NCBI GenBank assembly: GCA_963692945.1 | Contig: OY843585.1 | Span: 543,664 to 607,663 of the forward strand | Length of the DNA stretch: 64,000 nucleotides | Reading direction: 5' to 3' | DNA from: Bdellovibrionales bacterium | Lineage (GTDB): Bacteria > Bdellovibrionota > Bdellovibrionia > Bdellovibrionales > UBA1609 | Shown here: in pieces, positions 18,401 through 25,573 of the stretch | Layout: each line of letters starts with the position of its first letter | How positions within the stretch are numbered: the first letter of the stretch is position 1 | Notes under the pieces: model-generated | What the model saw: only the letters and a program-made list of their open reading frames with translations | Databases searched by the model: none | Told to the model about the DNA's origin: nothing | Translations under genes and position numbers: made by a program

Positions 18401-19968
18401 GCACAGGTGTGTACACTTCCATTTGAGACTTTTGTTACATTTTGGTTTTGAAAAGCTTTTGTTGTTTCCGTGCCATCTGCAACGAGTTTGGGTTTTGTGC
18501 GCCTCTCTCTGGTGCCATCTCCGATCTGTCCATAGCCATTATATCCCCAACAGTAAAGTTTTTGGTTTTGGATGGCACAGGTGTGGCTTTGTTCACCTGA
18601 GACAGAAGTCACGGTGGCTGAAGAAGAATTCACACTGTAATCTAAAATTTCTGGAGTATGTAGGCACTCCTCAAGAGTGTCATTTCTTGATTCACAAGCT
18701 TCTTGACCTGAGAAAACCTCTAAACCTTTATCCGTTTTTTCAAGCACAACCCCTTTGTAAAATCCACCCATATTCAAATGGTTATAATCCATCAAGTATC
18801 CAGCTTTACTAGGTGTGAAATCTTGATTTTGCCCGTAAAGAAATTCTCCTTTTCCTAAAAACAATTTATCAAAAAAGTAGATGGGCGTAAAACTGGGGGT
18901 TGTTCCAGAAGCATACTTTTTAAAGTGTAGATTTCCATTTACAAACACAGGGCTTTGAAAGGTCAAACCTTTGTAGGAAGATTTTTGAGCTTCTGTTATT
19001 TTTTCAAACTTGGTAGAAGTGCTAGGGGGAGAGACACATTTATCATCGGGTTGAATAGTTTGACGAGCGGGGGGGGGTAGACTAGAAGTGGTATCATAAA
19101 AATACATATCCCTAGCCAATACAAGAGAAAAAGTGTTCATCTCCCTTGGAAATAAAGAAACATCCCATTCTGCTGTATAGTTTTTGGTTATGCTTTTTTC
19201 TGTAAAGTTGGTTTCAATTTTAACTTTTATATATTTTTCACTTCCACGAACTTGATAAGTTTGTGCTTCATTACTGATAGTGATTTTTAAAGTATTCATT
19301 TTAATTTTCATAGTGTTGGAAGAGGTGTAAGATTGAAAATAATCACTTAAGGCAAATTTAGTTTTATCTTTTAAGTCTGAGCTGCTAAAAACTTTATAAA
19401 AAGAATTAAGTTTAATGGTATTCAAATTTGTAGGGAGGTTGATACATTTATCACAATCAGATCTTTTTTGTTTGAGGCAAGTTTTTTGTGCTGCTGTGCA
19501 AATATCTGAAGGGTTATCTTGTCTTAATTTTTCAAGTTTAGCTAACTCAATGTCTCCAAAAAGAACTCTTTCTGAACTCATTGGATCGGTTAATTTATCA
19601 CATTGAGATTGATAACCCCATTTATCATTAAAACACCATTTTCTCTCAACACCAAAAAGAGTGTATTTAATAACAGATTGTATGGATTCTTTAAAAAGAA
19701 TGAAGTTATCGGTTTCTACTTGTTGTGATTTGTATTGTAAGACATAGTGACCAACAAATAAAATCATAGGAAGGGTTGTTATTGAAATAACAATAGGCAA
19801 GAAAATAGACCCTGTTTTGCTAAATAACCTATTGAACTTTATGAGTTTATTGAACTTTATGAAACGACTCCTATGTTTAACCAACATAAATTGCTTTTTG
19901 ACTTTTAAAAGGGATGTATTCAAATGACCATAGAACGATTTAGTAATAGTTTCCTTTTTTTTAATCAC
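15484..19968 (-). CDS. Giant membrane-anchored RCC1-repeat protein (PilX_N-like anchor, 14 RCC1 blades)
   Basis: 1494 aa. Single N-terminal hydrophobic segment SIFLPIVISITTLPMILFVG. 14 copies of HTCAIQ..KLYCWG.N.YGQ(L/I)GDG. Non-repetitive flanks of ~450 aa (N-terminal) and ~290 aa (C-terminal). Confidence 0.85.
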   Translation of the reverse strand: MIKKKETITKSFYGHLNTSLLKVKKQFMLVKHRSRFIKFNKLIKFNRLFSKTGSIFLPIVISITTLPMILFVGHYVLQYKSQQVETDNFILFKESIQSVIKYTLFGVERKWCFNDKWGYQSQCDKLTDPMSSERVLFGDIELAKLEKLRQDNPSDICTAAQKTCLKQKRSDCDKCINLPTNLNTIKLNSFYKVFSSSDLKDKTKFALSDYFQSYTSSNTMKIKMNTLKITISNEAQTYQVRGSEKYIKVKIETNFTEKSITKNYTAEWDVSLFPREMNTFSLVLARDMYFYDTTSSLPPPARQTIQPDDKCVSPPSTSTKFEKITEAQKSSYKGLTFQSPVFVNGNLHFKKYASGTTPSFTPIYFFDKLFLGKGEFLYGQNQDFTPSKAGYLMDYNHLNMGGFYKGVVLEKTDKGLEVFSGQEACESRNDTLEECLHTPEILDYSVNSSSATVTSVSGEQSHTCAIQNQKLYCWGYNGYGQIGDGTRERRTKPKLVADGTETTKAFQNQNVTKVSNGSVHTCAIQAGRLYCWGRNEYGQIGDGTYGSTNYRNKPTLVADGTTGGTNAFENQNVTKVSAGSDYTCAIQAGRLYCWGKNNYGRLGDGNTVNQHTKPKLVADGTETTNAFQNQNVTKVSTGVNNTCAIQAGRLYCWGDNTYGQLGDGTTGYTFNHRTPTLVANDTETTNAFQNQNVTSVSTGYHHTCAIQNQKLYCWGRNNYGQLGDGTTGNTNNRNKPKLVADGTETTNAFQNQNIQMDSVSTGGNHTCAIQNQKLYCWGRNNYGQLGDGTTGNTNNRNKPKLVLSVSGAFQNQNVTSVSTGYHHTCAIQNQKLYCWGRNGSGQLGDGTTDNKKKAVKVTFPSSTYVFDTGANHTCFSIAYDDDGNSVSKNICWGYNASGQLGIGNTDDVHLLNVEKNFFPEKNITQVSTGGSHTCAIQNQKLYCWGQNNHGQIGDGRLTPIPTLRPYFLRSRSSGFQNQNIKQVSTGGSHTCAIQNQKLYCWGQNNHGQIGDGTTDRRASPTLILNGTETTNPFQNQNVQSVSTGLDHTCAIQNQKLYCWGDNLYGQIGDGTYDSINNRKKPKLVSSVSGAFQNQNVTSVSTGDFHTCAIQAGKLYCWGRNNQGQIGDGTTGNTNNRKKPKLVSSVSGAFQNQNVTSVSTGRFHTCAIQAGKLYCWGHNFYGQIGDGTTTSPRKKPKLVKNGTETTNAFQNQNIKQVSTGYSHTCAIQVLPTDNKAKLYCWGQNNKGQLAKDPSDLNRSTTPLLITSEHCPTEDPENFIGSLDWFFDLSPFTRSSWDFTDRGTDKSLFILDDKNATRSGVNFRFQNKALFGHCIVKSTADFVTGFFVCDKFTIEQRTTPLRIIGTVISSQLNVHKTALQHGVTWGSIWQAQALYELRDQKILTKGDEYVVGTDTTLSKSDCNNNKNFLGNPIHPENRATSLSCNPVGLMKEADPFTWTSVDPDCAHIDENSRRVSCKFYIRKFISRPILKKGTLN
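16200..18610 (-). repeat. Intragenic tandem array of ~165-180-bp RCC1-blade units
   Basis: Near-identical DNA segments (e.g. ccccagcagtaaagtttttggttttgaatggcacaggtgtgg) recur throughout. Adjacent blades 5 and 6 are identical over ~38 aa. Confidence 0.9.
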
Positions 19969-20119
19969 TTCTTAAATTATCCATGTTTTACCAAGTAATT
20001 ATAGACTTTCTCATTTTTGTTATTTATAAATCTGATTTAAGTTTAAACAAAAAGGTGCAGATAGTAAATTTTTTTATATTATTTGAAGATAAAAGTGTCT
20101 CATTTTAAAACAACCAGTT

Positions 20120-20177
<58 letters not shown>

Positions 20178-20194
<17 letters not shown>

Positions 20195-20396
20195 TTTAAA
20201 AATAGGCTGGAAGAAAATACTTCCTAATTTTTTTGTAGAGATTTTTCCTCTCTCACCGTGGGCACCATTTAAAAATAGGCTGGAAGAAAATACTTCCTAA
20301 TTTTTTTGTAGAGATTTTTCCTCTCTCACCGTGGGCACCATTTTAAAATAGGATGGAAGAAAATACTTCCTAACTGTTTTGTAGAGATTTTTCCTA
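20178..20396. repeat. 73-bp tandem repeat x3, each unit starting with the last 17 nt of tRNA-Thr
   Basis: TCTCACCGTGGGCACCA occurs at 20178, 20251 and 20324. Units 1 and 2 are identical; unit 3 has a few substitutions. Each unit contains the hairpin GGAAG-AAAATA-CTTCC followed by a T-run. Confidence 0.95.
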
Positions 20397-21009
20397 AAAT
20401 TTCATATTCATCACATTCTTTTTCTGTTTTTGCCTCTGCTTCGTATTCTGTTTTTGCCTCTGCTTCGTATTCTTCTTCATATTCTGCTTCTGCTTCTGTT
20501 TCTGCTTCGTATTCTTCTTCATATTCTGCTTCTGTTTCTGCTTCGTATTCTGTTTTTGTTTCTGCTTCGTATTCTTCTTCATATTCTGCTTCTGTTTCTG
20601 CTTCTGCTTCTGCTTTATATGCTATTTCTATTTCTGTTATGCAGTCATCTAATTCATAATATGTATCATCTGAGACTCTGAACTCCGCTTCATTCCAGAG
20701 ATCATCTAAAGAATAAGCCGAAACAATGCATGTTGATTCAAAGTATCCTCCATCATATTGGTGTGAATAGCTATAATCTATGGAACATTCTCCCTCTTCA
20801 AAGGAGCAATGAAAAACATGGAAGTCAAAAGTAAAATCTCCTTCACACCATATATCATAACAAAGATTGTTTAAGTCTATTAATAAAACTTCCTCCTCAT
20901 GACTGGTTAGGTCGTTCCCACTGGAATAAGCTTTAGGAATTCCTCCCATCCATTGCAATAAAAAGATGCAAATAGCGAGGGGAAAGATTTTTTTTATTAT
21001 TTTTTTCAT
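20326..21009 (-). CDS. Secreted Cys-rich protein with acidic EAE(Y/T)E repeat tail (paralog 1)
   Basis: Start set at 21009 (MKKIIKKIFPLAICIF, AGGAGG RBS) by identity with paralog 2. The acidic repeat is EAEYEEEYEAETKTEYEAET. The last ~23 codons and the stop lie inside unit 3 of the tRNA-Thr repeat. Confidence 0.6.
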   Translation of the reverse strand: MKKIIKKIFPLAICIFLLQWMGGIPKAYSSGNDLTSHEEEVLLIDLNNLCYDIWCEGDFTFDFHVFHCSFEEGECSIDYSYSHQYDGGYFESTCIVSAYSLDDLWNEAEFRVSDDTYYELDDCITEIEIAYKAEAEAETEAEYEEEYEAETKTEYEAETEAEYEEEYEAETEAEAEYEEEYEAEAKTEYEAEAKTEKECDEYEILGKISTKQLGSIFFHPILKWCPR

Positions 21010-21108
21010 TAGAACCTCCTTTATGGTTTTGTGTTTAAAATTCGGAAAAAATCTCATGACTTTTGTTAAAGCAAAGTAGAGATTTTTCCTCAAACTTAAT
21101 ATTTATCT

Positions 21109-21501
21109 TCAATACAGTTCTTCATCTTCTATACAATCAGATACTTCATAATACAGATCCTTTGATATTTCGGAATCCACTTCATTCCAGAGATCATCTA
21201 AAGAATAAGCCGAAACGATACATGTTGATTTAAAATCTTCTTCACCATATCGGTATCCATAGCTATAATCTATGGAACATTCTCCTTCTTCAAAGGAGCA
21301 ATGAAAAGCATGGAAGTTAAATTTAAGAGCTCCTTCACACCATACATCCAAACAACGATTGTGTAAGTCTATTAATAAAACTTCCTCTTCATAATTGGTT
21401 AGGTCGTTTCCGCTGGAATAAGCTTTAGGAATTCCTCCCATCCATTGCAATAAAAAGATGCAAATAGCGAGGGGAAAGATTTTTTTTATTATTTTTTTCA
21501 T
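21109..21501 (-). CDS. Secreted Cys-rich protein (paralog 2)
   Basis: 130 aa. Its signal peptide and 5' UTR are nearly identical to paralog 1. Shares the WCEG ... FHCSFEEGECSIDYSY core. Confidence 0.65.
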   Translation of the reverse strand: MKKIIKKIFPLAICIFLLQWMGGIPKAYSSGNDLTNYEEEVLLIDLHNRCLDVWCEGALKFNFHAFHCSFEEGECSIDYSYGYRYGEEDFKSTCIVSAYSLDDLWNEVDSEISKDLYYEVSDCIEDEELY

Positions 21502-21904
21502 TAGAACCTCCTTTATGGTTTTGTGTTTAAAATTCGGAAAAAATCTTATGACTTTTGTTAAAGCAAAAAGGATTCCAGATAGAAATAGGCCCTAATTCTT
21601 TAAAAAAACATTGAAAAACAGGAGTTTGTTTATGATTTTCAAAATATCGGACTCTTTTTTAGTCGGGAAAGATGTGTGAAATCCGAAAACCTGTTTTAAA
21701 TAAAGTTGGAAAAATCTTGATAATTTGGAAAGAAATTAGGGTTTAATAGAAGTTAGGAAAAAACTTTCATTGATAAAATAGAGATCTACCTACAACTATA
21801 AATTTCTTATTTTGGCTGTTTTAGGATAAAAATTAGAGTTATAGGCTAAATTTTAATAAGGGTATTGCAAGTTAAAAAAATTATGAGATACTAGCATTTG
21901 TTAT

Positions 21905-21934
21905 TTGACATAAGCTTAAAATTCTTTTTATATG
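21905..21934 (+). promoter_or_regulatory. Possible sigma-70 promoter upstream of tuf
   Basis: TTGACA at 21905-21910, 18-nt spacer, TATATG at 21929-21934. An AAGGAGGG RBS follows before the ATG at 22000. Confidence 0.3.
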
Positions 21935-21999
21935 AATCTTAGTTTTAAGAAGGTTTATTTCTAAAGAATAAGCTTGAACCTATAAGGAGGGATGACTCG

Positions 22000-23184
22000 A
22001 TGTCTAAAGAAACTTTTAAACGTGATAAAGAGCATGTGAATATTGGAACAATAGGGCATGTTGATCATGGTAAAACAACTCTAACAGCGGCTATAACTTC
22101 TGTTTTAGCAAAAGCGGGTGGTGCAACGGCTATGAAATACGACCAAATTGATAAAGCACCAGAAGAAAAAGCTCGTGGAATTACTATTTCTACGGCTCAT
22201 GTTGAATATGAAACGGAAAAGCGTCATTATGCTCATGTGGATTGTCCAGGTCATGCTGATTATGTAAAAAATATGATTACAGGTGCGGCTCAAATGGATG
22301 GTGCTATTCTTGTGGTTTCTGCTACGGATGGGCCTATGCCTCAAACAAGAGAACATATTTTATTGGCTCGTCAAGTTGGTGTTCCTGCTATAGTGGTATT
22401 TTTGAATAAGTGTGACCAAGTTGATGATAAAGAACTTCTTGATCTTGTTGAGTTAGAAGTTCGTGAGCTTTTAACAGAATATAAATTTCCAGGAAATGAT
22501 ATTCCTATTGTTAAAGGTTCGGCTTTAAAAGCTCTTGAAGGTGATGCTGATAGTGAAAAAACAATTTTGGATCTTATGGCTAAAGTTGATGAGTACATTC
22601 CTTGTCCAAAAAGAGATATAGAAAAATCTTTTCTTATGCCTGTTGAGGATGTGTTTTCTATTTCAGGTCGTGGAACGGTCGTTACGGGTCGTGTGGAAAG
22701 AGGTGTTGTTAAAGTTGGTGGTGAAGTTGAAGTTGTGGGTATTCGTGAAACTAAAAAAACAACGGTTACAGGTGTTGAAATGTTTCGTAAATTACTTGAT
22801 AGAGGTCAAGCTGGTGACAATGTTGGTCTTCTTCTTCGTGGTATTGAAAAAGATGATGTTGAAAGGGGTCAGGTTATTTCTGCTCCAGGAACCATCACTC
22901 CTCATAAAAAATTTAAATGTGAATGTTATATATTAAAGAAAGAGGAAGGTGGAAGACACACTCCTTTTTTTAAAGGCTACAGACCTCAGTTTTATTTTAG
23001 AACAACAGATGTAACGGGTTCTGTTCAACTTCCTAAAAATGCAGAGATGGTTAGCCCTGGTGACGATGTTCATTTAGAGGTAGAACTCATTTGTCCTATT
23101 GCTATGGAAAAGGGAGTTCGTTTTGCCGTTCGTGAAGGTGGTAGAACAGTAGGAGCTGGTATTGTTTCTGAAATTATGGAGTGA
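22000..23184 (+). CDS. tuf: Elongation factor Tu
   Basis: 394 aa. G-motifs [14 protein letters not shown] and NKCD, with full-length EF-Tu-like sequence. Confidence 0.98.
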   Translation: MSKETFKRDKEHVNIGTIGHVDHGKTTLTAAITSVLAKAGGATAMKYDQIDKAPEEKARGITISTAHVEYETEKRHYAHVDCPGHADYVKNMITGAAQMDGAILVVSATDGPMPQTREHILLARQVGVPAIVVFLNKCDQVDDKELLDLVELEVRELLTEYKFPGNDIPIVKGSALKALEGDADSEKTILDLMAKVDEYIPCPKRDIEKSFLMPVEDVFSISGRGTVVTGRVERGVVKVGGEVEVVGIRETKKTTVTGVEMFRKLLDRGQAGDNVGLLLRGIEKDDVERGQVISAPGTITPHKKFKCECYILKKEEGGRHTPFFKGYRPQFYFRTTDVTGSVQLPKNAEMVSPGDDVHLEVELICPIAMEKGVRFAVREGGRTVGAGIVSEIME

Positions 23185-23220
23185 TTTTTGATTAGATAAT
23201 TTTTTAAATTATGACAAAAA

Positions 23221-23247
23221 AGAGAGGGTTTTCCCTCTCTTTTTTTT
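23221..23247 (+). terminator. Rho-independent terminator of tuf
   Basis: AGAGAGGG-TTTT-CCCTCTCT followed by T7. Confidence 0.8.
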
Positions 23248-23297
23248 GTAGATATTAAGTTTTTAAGTTGTTTTTCTAAGAGAGATTTTTATCTATG

Positions 23298-23399
23298 GGT
23301 TTATGTGATTACTTTCTTTTAAGAAGGGTTAAACAAAGAAGACATGGGAAAAGTAGATGAGGTTTATGTGGTTACTTTCTTTTAAAAAGGGTTAAACAA
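23298..23399. repeat. 39-bp direct repeat x2 between tuf and tRNA-Trp
   Basis: GGTTTATGTG(A/G)TTACTTTCTTTTAA(G/A)AAGGGTTAAACAA at 23298-23336 and 23361-23399. Confidence 0.85.
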
Positions 23400-23489
23400 T
23401 TGTAATCGTTAGAAGAAACAGGTTATTTTACGAGGAAAGAATTAAGAACTACCTGTGGTTTTTAGAATATGATAAATTTAAAAAAGTTC

Positions 23490-23565
23490 AGGGCAGTAGC
23501 TCTAATGGTAGAGCGTCGGATTCCAAATCCGTAGGTTGTGGGTTCGAGTCCTACCTGCCCTGCCA
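23490..23565 (+). tRNA. tRNA-Trp (anticodon CCA)
   Basis: Acceptor AGGGCAG/CTGCCCT, anticodon loop TTCCAAA, T-loop GGTTCGAGTCC, encoded CCA. Confidence 0.9.
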
Positions 23566-23662
23566 TCGCTTTGTTATAATAGATTTTTACGAGTATAAAC
23601 CATAAAAACCTTAATGGTTTCAATAGTTTATAAGAATAAAATTTAATTTACTAATTTTATTT

Positions 23663-23773
23663 TCAATCACATTCAATCACATTCAGTCACGTTCAAAACA
23701 GGTTAAGGGCAACACTTTCAAGCTGTCCCTAAAACCCTTTGTTGTCCCTAAGCTGTCCCTCTAAGCTGTCCCT
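23663..23773. repeat. Short direct-repeat clusters just downstream of tRNA-Trp
   Basis: TCAATCACAT x3 (third copy TCAGTCACGT) at 23663-23692. AAGCTGTCCCT at 23720, 23750 and 23763, plus GTTGTCCCT at 23741. Confidence 0.85.
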
Positions 23774-23892
23774 CAATTTTTCTGAAACATTTATAAAACT
23801 TATGGTTTTTCTATTTTAAAAATATTGAATTAAGAGAAGCTGTTGTCCTTTTACATAATAAAAAACTAGGTGAATGATTAAACTATACCTTT

Positions 23893-25179
23893 TTAAGCTG
23901 CTTTCTGTTTAGCTTGGTTGATTTTGTCTATAAATCCGACTTCCTGCAATTCAATAGAATAGCCGTCTTGAGTTATTGTGTTAGAAAAATTAACCACAGA
24001 TTGAGGAAATTCTTTTGCTATTAAAACCCCTATATTTTTCCTTTGTGCAACCATAACCCCTAAAAGTTCTCTAATATGCTTAACTTGTCCTTTGGATTTT
24101 TTAACTTGCATTATTGCTCCGTCTTTAATTCTAATTCCGTCAATGCCCCCGTCATTTGATTGGTATGGATTTGGTGTTCCCTCAGCTTTTAAAATACATT
24201 CAGTTTGAAATTCTTTATCATTTAATTTATAGATATCTTTTGGTATTTTATTAAAAGATTTAAAATCTCTTTTGCTTTTTCTAATTCCAAGTTTCAATAA
24301 CTTTTTTTGAATAGAGGCTATAGCATCTTCCTGTGCATCACATCCAATAAAATATCTTCCTTCTTTATGGCAAGCTTCTATAGTTGAACCACATCCACAG
24401 AAAAAATCAGCAACTTTATCATTTTTATTTGTAAATGCTTTGATTAGAGTTTGTATTAAAGGAGCAGGTTTTTCAGTAGGATAAAGTTTTTCAGTTGTAG
24501 CCACATCAGGATGATTAAAAACATCTCTAGCATTAACTAAGTTATATGTCCTTCCATACCTATCTTTTTGGTACTGAACTTTTCCACCATGTCCACCACC
24601 ACTTTTTGTATAAGACCTTTCTTTATCTGGTGGATTCCAAATATAATCTTCTGTTTTTCTATAAACTAAAATTGTTTGATGTGACCCTGCAAATTTCTTT
24701 CCACCATTCTTTGCTTTCTTATACCAAATTATTTCATTTAAAAAATGCTTCTTATGACCTCTATCTCTATCTCCATAACCAAAGATTTCATCTAAAATAC
24801 ATTTAACATAATGAACGGCATTATGATCTAAATGCACACATAAAATACCTTTATCATCTAAAAGCCTATGACAGTGATTTAGTCTTGGTTTAATATACTC
24901 AAGATATCCTTGTATGCCTGTTCCATAACTATCATGGTAACCAACCACTTTTTTAGCCCAATTCTTTCCATCTGTTTTTATATCAAACTTACTTGCACTT
25001 GGTTTATTTATTGTTTGTTTTCTTCTAGTATTAAATGGAGGGTCAATGTATATAAGTCTAAACTCTTTATCTTTTCTTAAAGACATAAACTTAAGGTTTT
25101 CAGCTTTCCAAACTTCAATTTTATCTGCCATAAAAAATAAGTCGGATTGATTAAGCTGCACTCTTGAGTCCTTTTTCAA
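23893..25179 (-). CDS. DNA N6-adenine/N4-cytosine methyltransferase (beta class) fused to an Mrr-like restriction-endonuclease domain
   Basis: Motif IV YIDPPF lies near the N-terminus and motif I DFFCGCGST at ~res 270. The C-terminus NDGGIDGIRIKDGAIMQVKKSKGQVKHIRELLG resembles the Mrr catalytic core (D...QxK). Confidence 0.75.
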   Translation of the reverse strand: MKKDSRVQLNQSDLFFMADKIEVWKAENLKFMSLRKDKEFRLIYIDPPFNTRRKQTINKPSASKFDIKTDGKNWAKKVVGYHDSYGTGIQGYLEYIKPRLNHCHRLLDDKGILCVHLDHNAVHYVKCILDEIFGYGDRDRGHKKHFLNEIIWYKKAKNGGKKFAGSHQTILVYRKTEDYIWNPPDKERSYTKSGGGHGGKVQYQKDRYGRTYNLVNARDVFNHPDVATTEKLYPTEKPAPLIQTLIKAFTNKNDKVADFFCGCGSTIEACHKEGRYFIGCDAQEDAIASIQKKLLKLGIRKSKRDFKSFNKIPKDIYKLNDKEFQTECILKAEGTPNPYQSNDGGIDGIRIKDGAIMQVKKSKGQVKHIRELLGVMVAQRKNIGVLIAKEFPQSVVNFSNTITQDGYSIELQEVGFIDKINQAKQKAA

Positions 25180-25354
25180 ACTTAGAGTTAAAACTAGACT
25201 TTAGAAGCTCAAGATTAAGCTGTAGTCTTTCTAAGTCTCTATCAATCATATTTATTTCATAATTCCCTTTATCCAATATAAAGGTAATTTCATTTAGATA
25301 TCTACGGCAAGTGCTTATAGACCAATGGTGGTAAATACATAAGTATAAAGCCAC
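25151..25354 (-). CDS. Hypothetical small protein upstream of the methyltransferase
   Basis: 67-aa ORF overlapping the annotated MTase start by 29 nt. No motif recognised. Confidence 0.25.
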   Translation of the reverse strand: MALYLCIYHHWSISTCRRYLNEITFILDKGNYEINMIDRDLERLQLNLELLKSSFNSKFEKGLKSAA

Positions 25355-25375
25355 TTGCTATTTAATTTTTGATTT

Positions 25376-25573
25376 ATGCATAATGTTCCAGTTCTAAAAT
25401 CATTACCCTCTAATGAATCTGTTGAATACTATGAGACAGCTATTGATCTGATCTTTTTAGTTGTGAGAAATCAGATTCTTGAAAACTTTTTCTGGAATCA
25501 TCTGAATACATATAGAGAGTATGTAAAAGAATGCATAAAAAGAGATAAAAATATAGAAACCCGTGTCGGCTAA
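25376..25573 (+). CDS. Hypothetical small protein
   Basis: 65-aa ORF. No motif recognised. Confidence 0.25.
   Translation: MHNVPVLKSLPSNESVEYYETAIDLIFLVVRNQILENFFWNHLNTYREYVKECIKRDKNIETRVG

Noticed and set aside
16046-18812. Track ORFs overlapping the giant RCC1 gene (16176-16703 and 17403-18041 on the minus strand; 16046-16258, 16713-16904, 17162-17356, 17589-17891 and 18060-18812 on the plus strand)
   Set aside because: They are alternative frames or the antisense strand of the highly repetitive RCC1 coding DNA. Their 'proteins' are repeats of the same shifted peptide, and the long RCC1 frame has clear motif conservation.
20251-20340. Extra tRNA or pseudo-tRNA genes in the repeats after tRNA-Thr
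   Set aside because: Each repeat contains only the last 17 nt of the tRNA (T-arm 3' half, acceptor and CCA). No cloverleaf can be formed.
20394-20681. ORFs 20394-20582 (minus) and 20430-20681 (plus) encoding KQKQ or LLRIL low-complexity peptides
   Set aside because: They are frame-shifted or antisense readings of the GAA/GCA-rich acidic repeat of the Cys-rich secreted protein gene.
22105-22936. ORFs antisense to or out of frame within tuf
   Set aside because: They are shadow ORFs. The EF-Tu frame is unambiguous.
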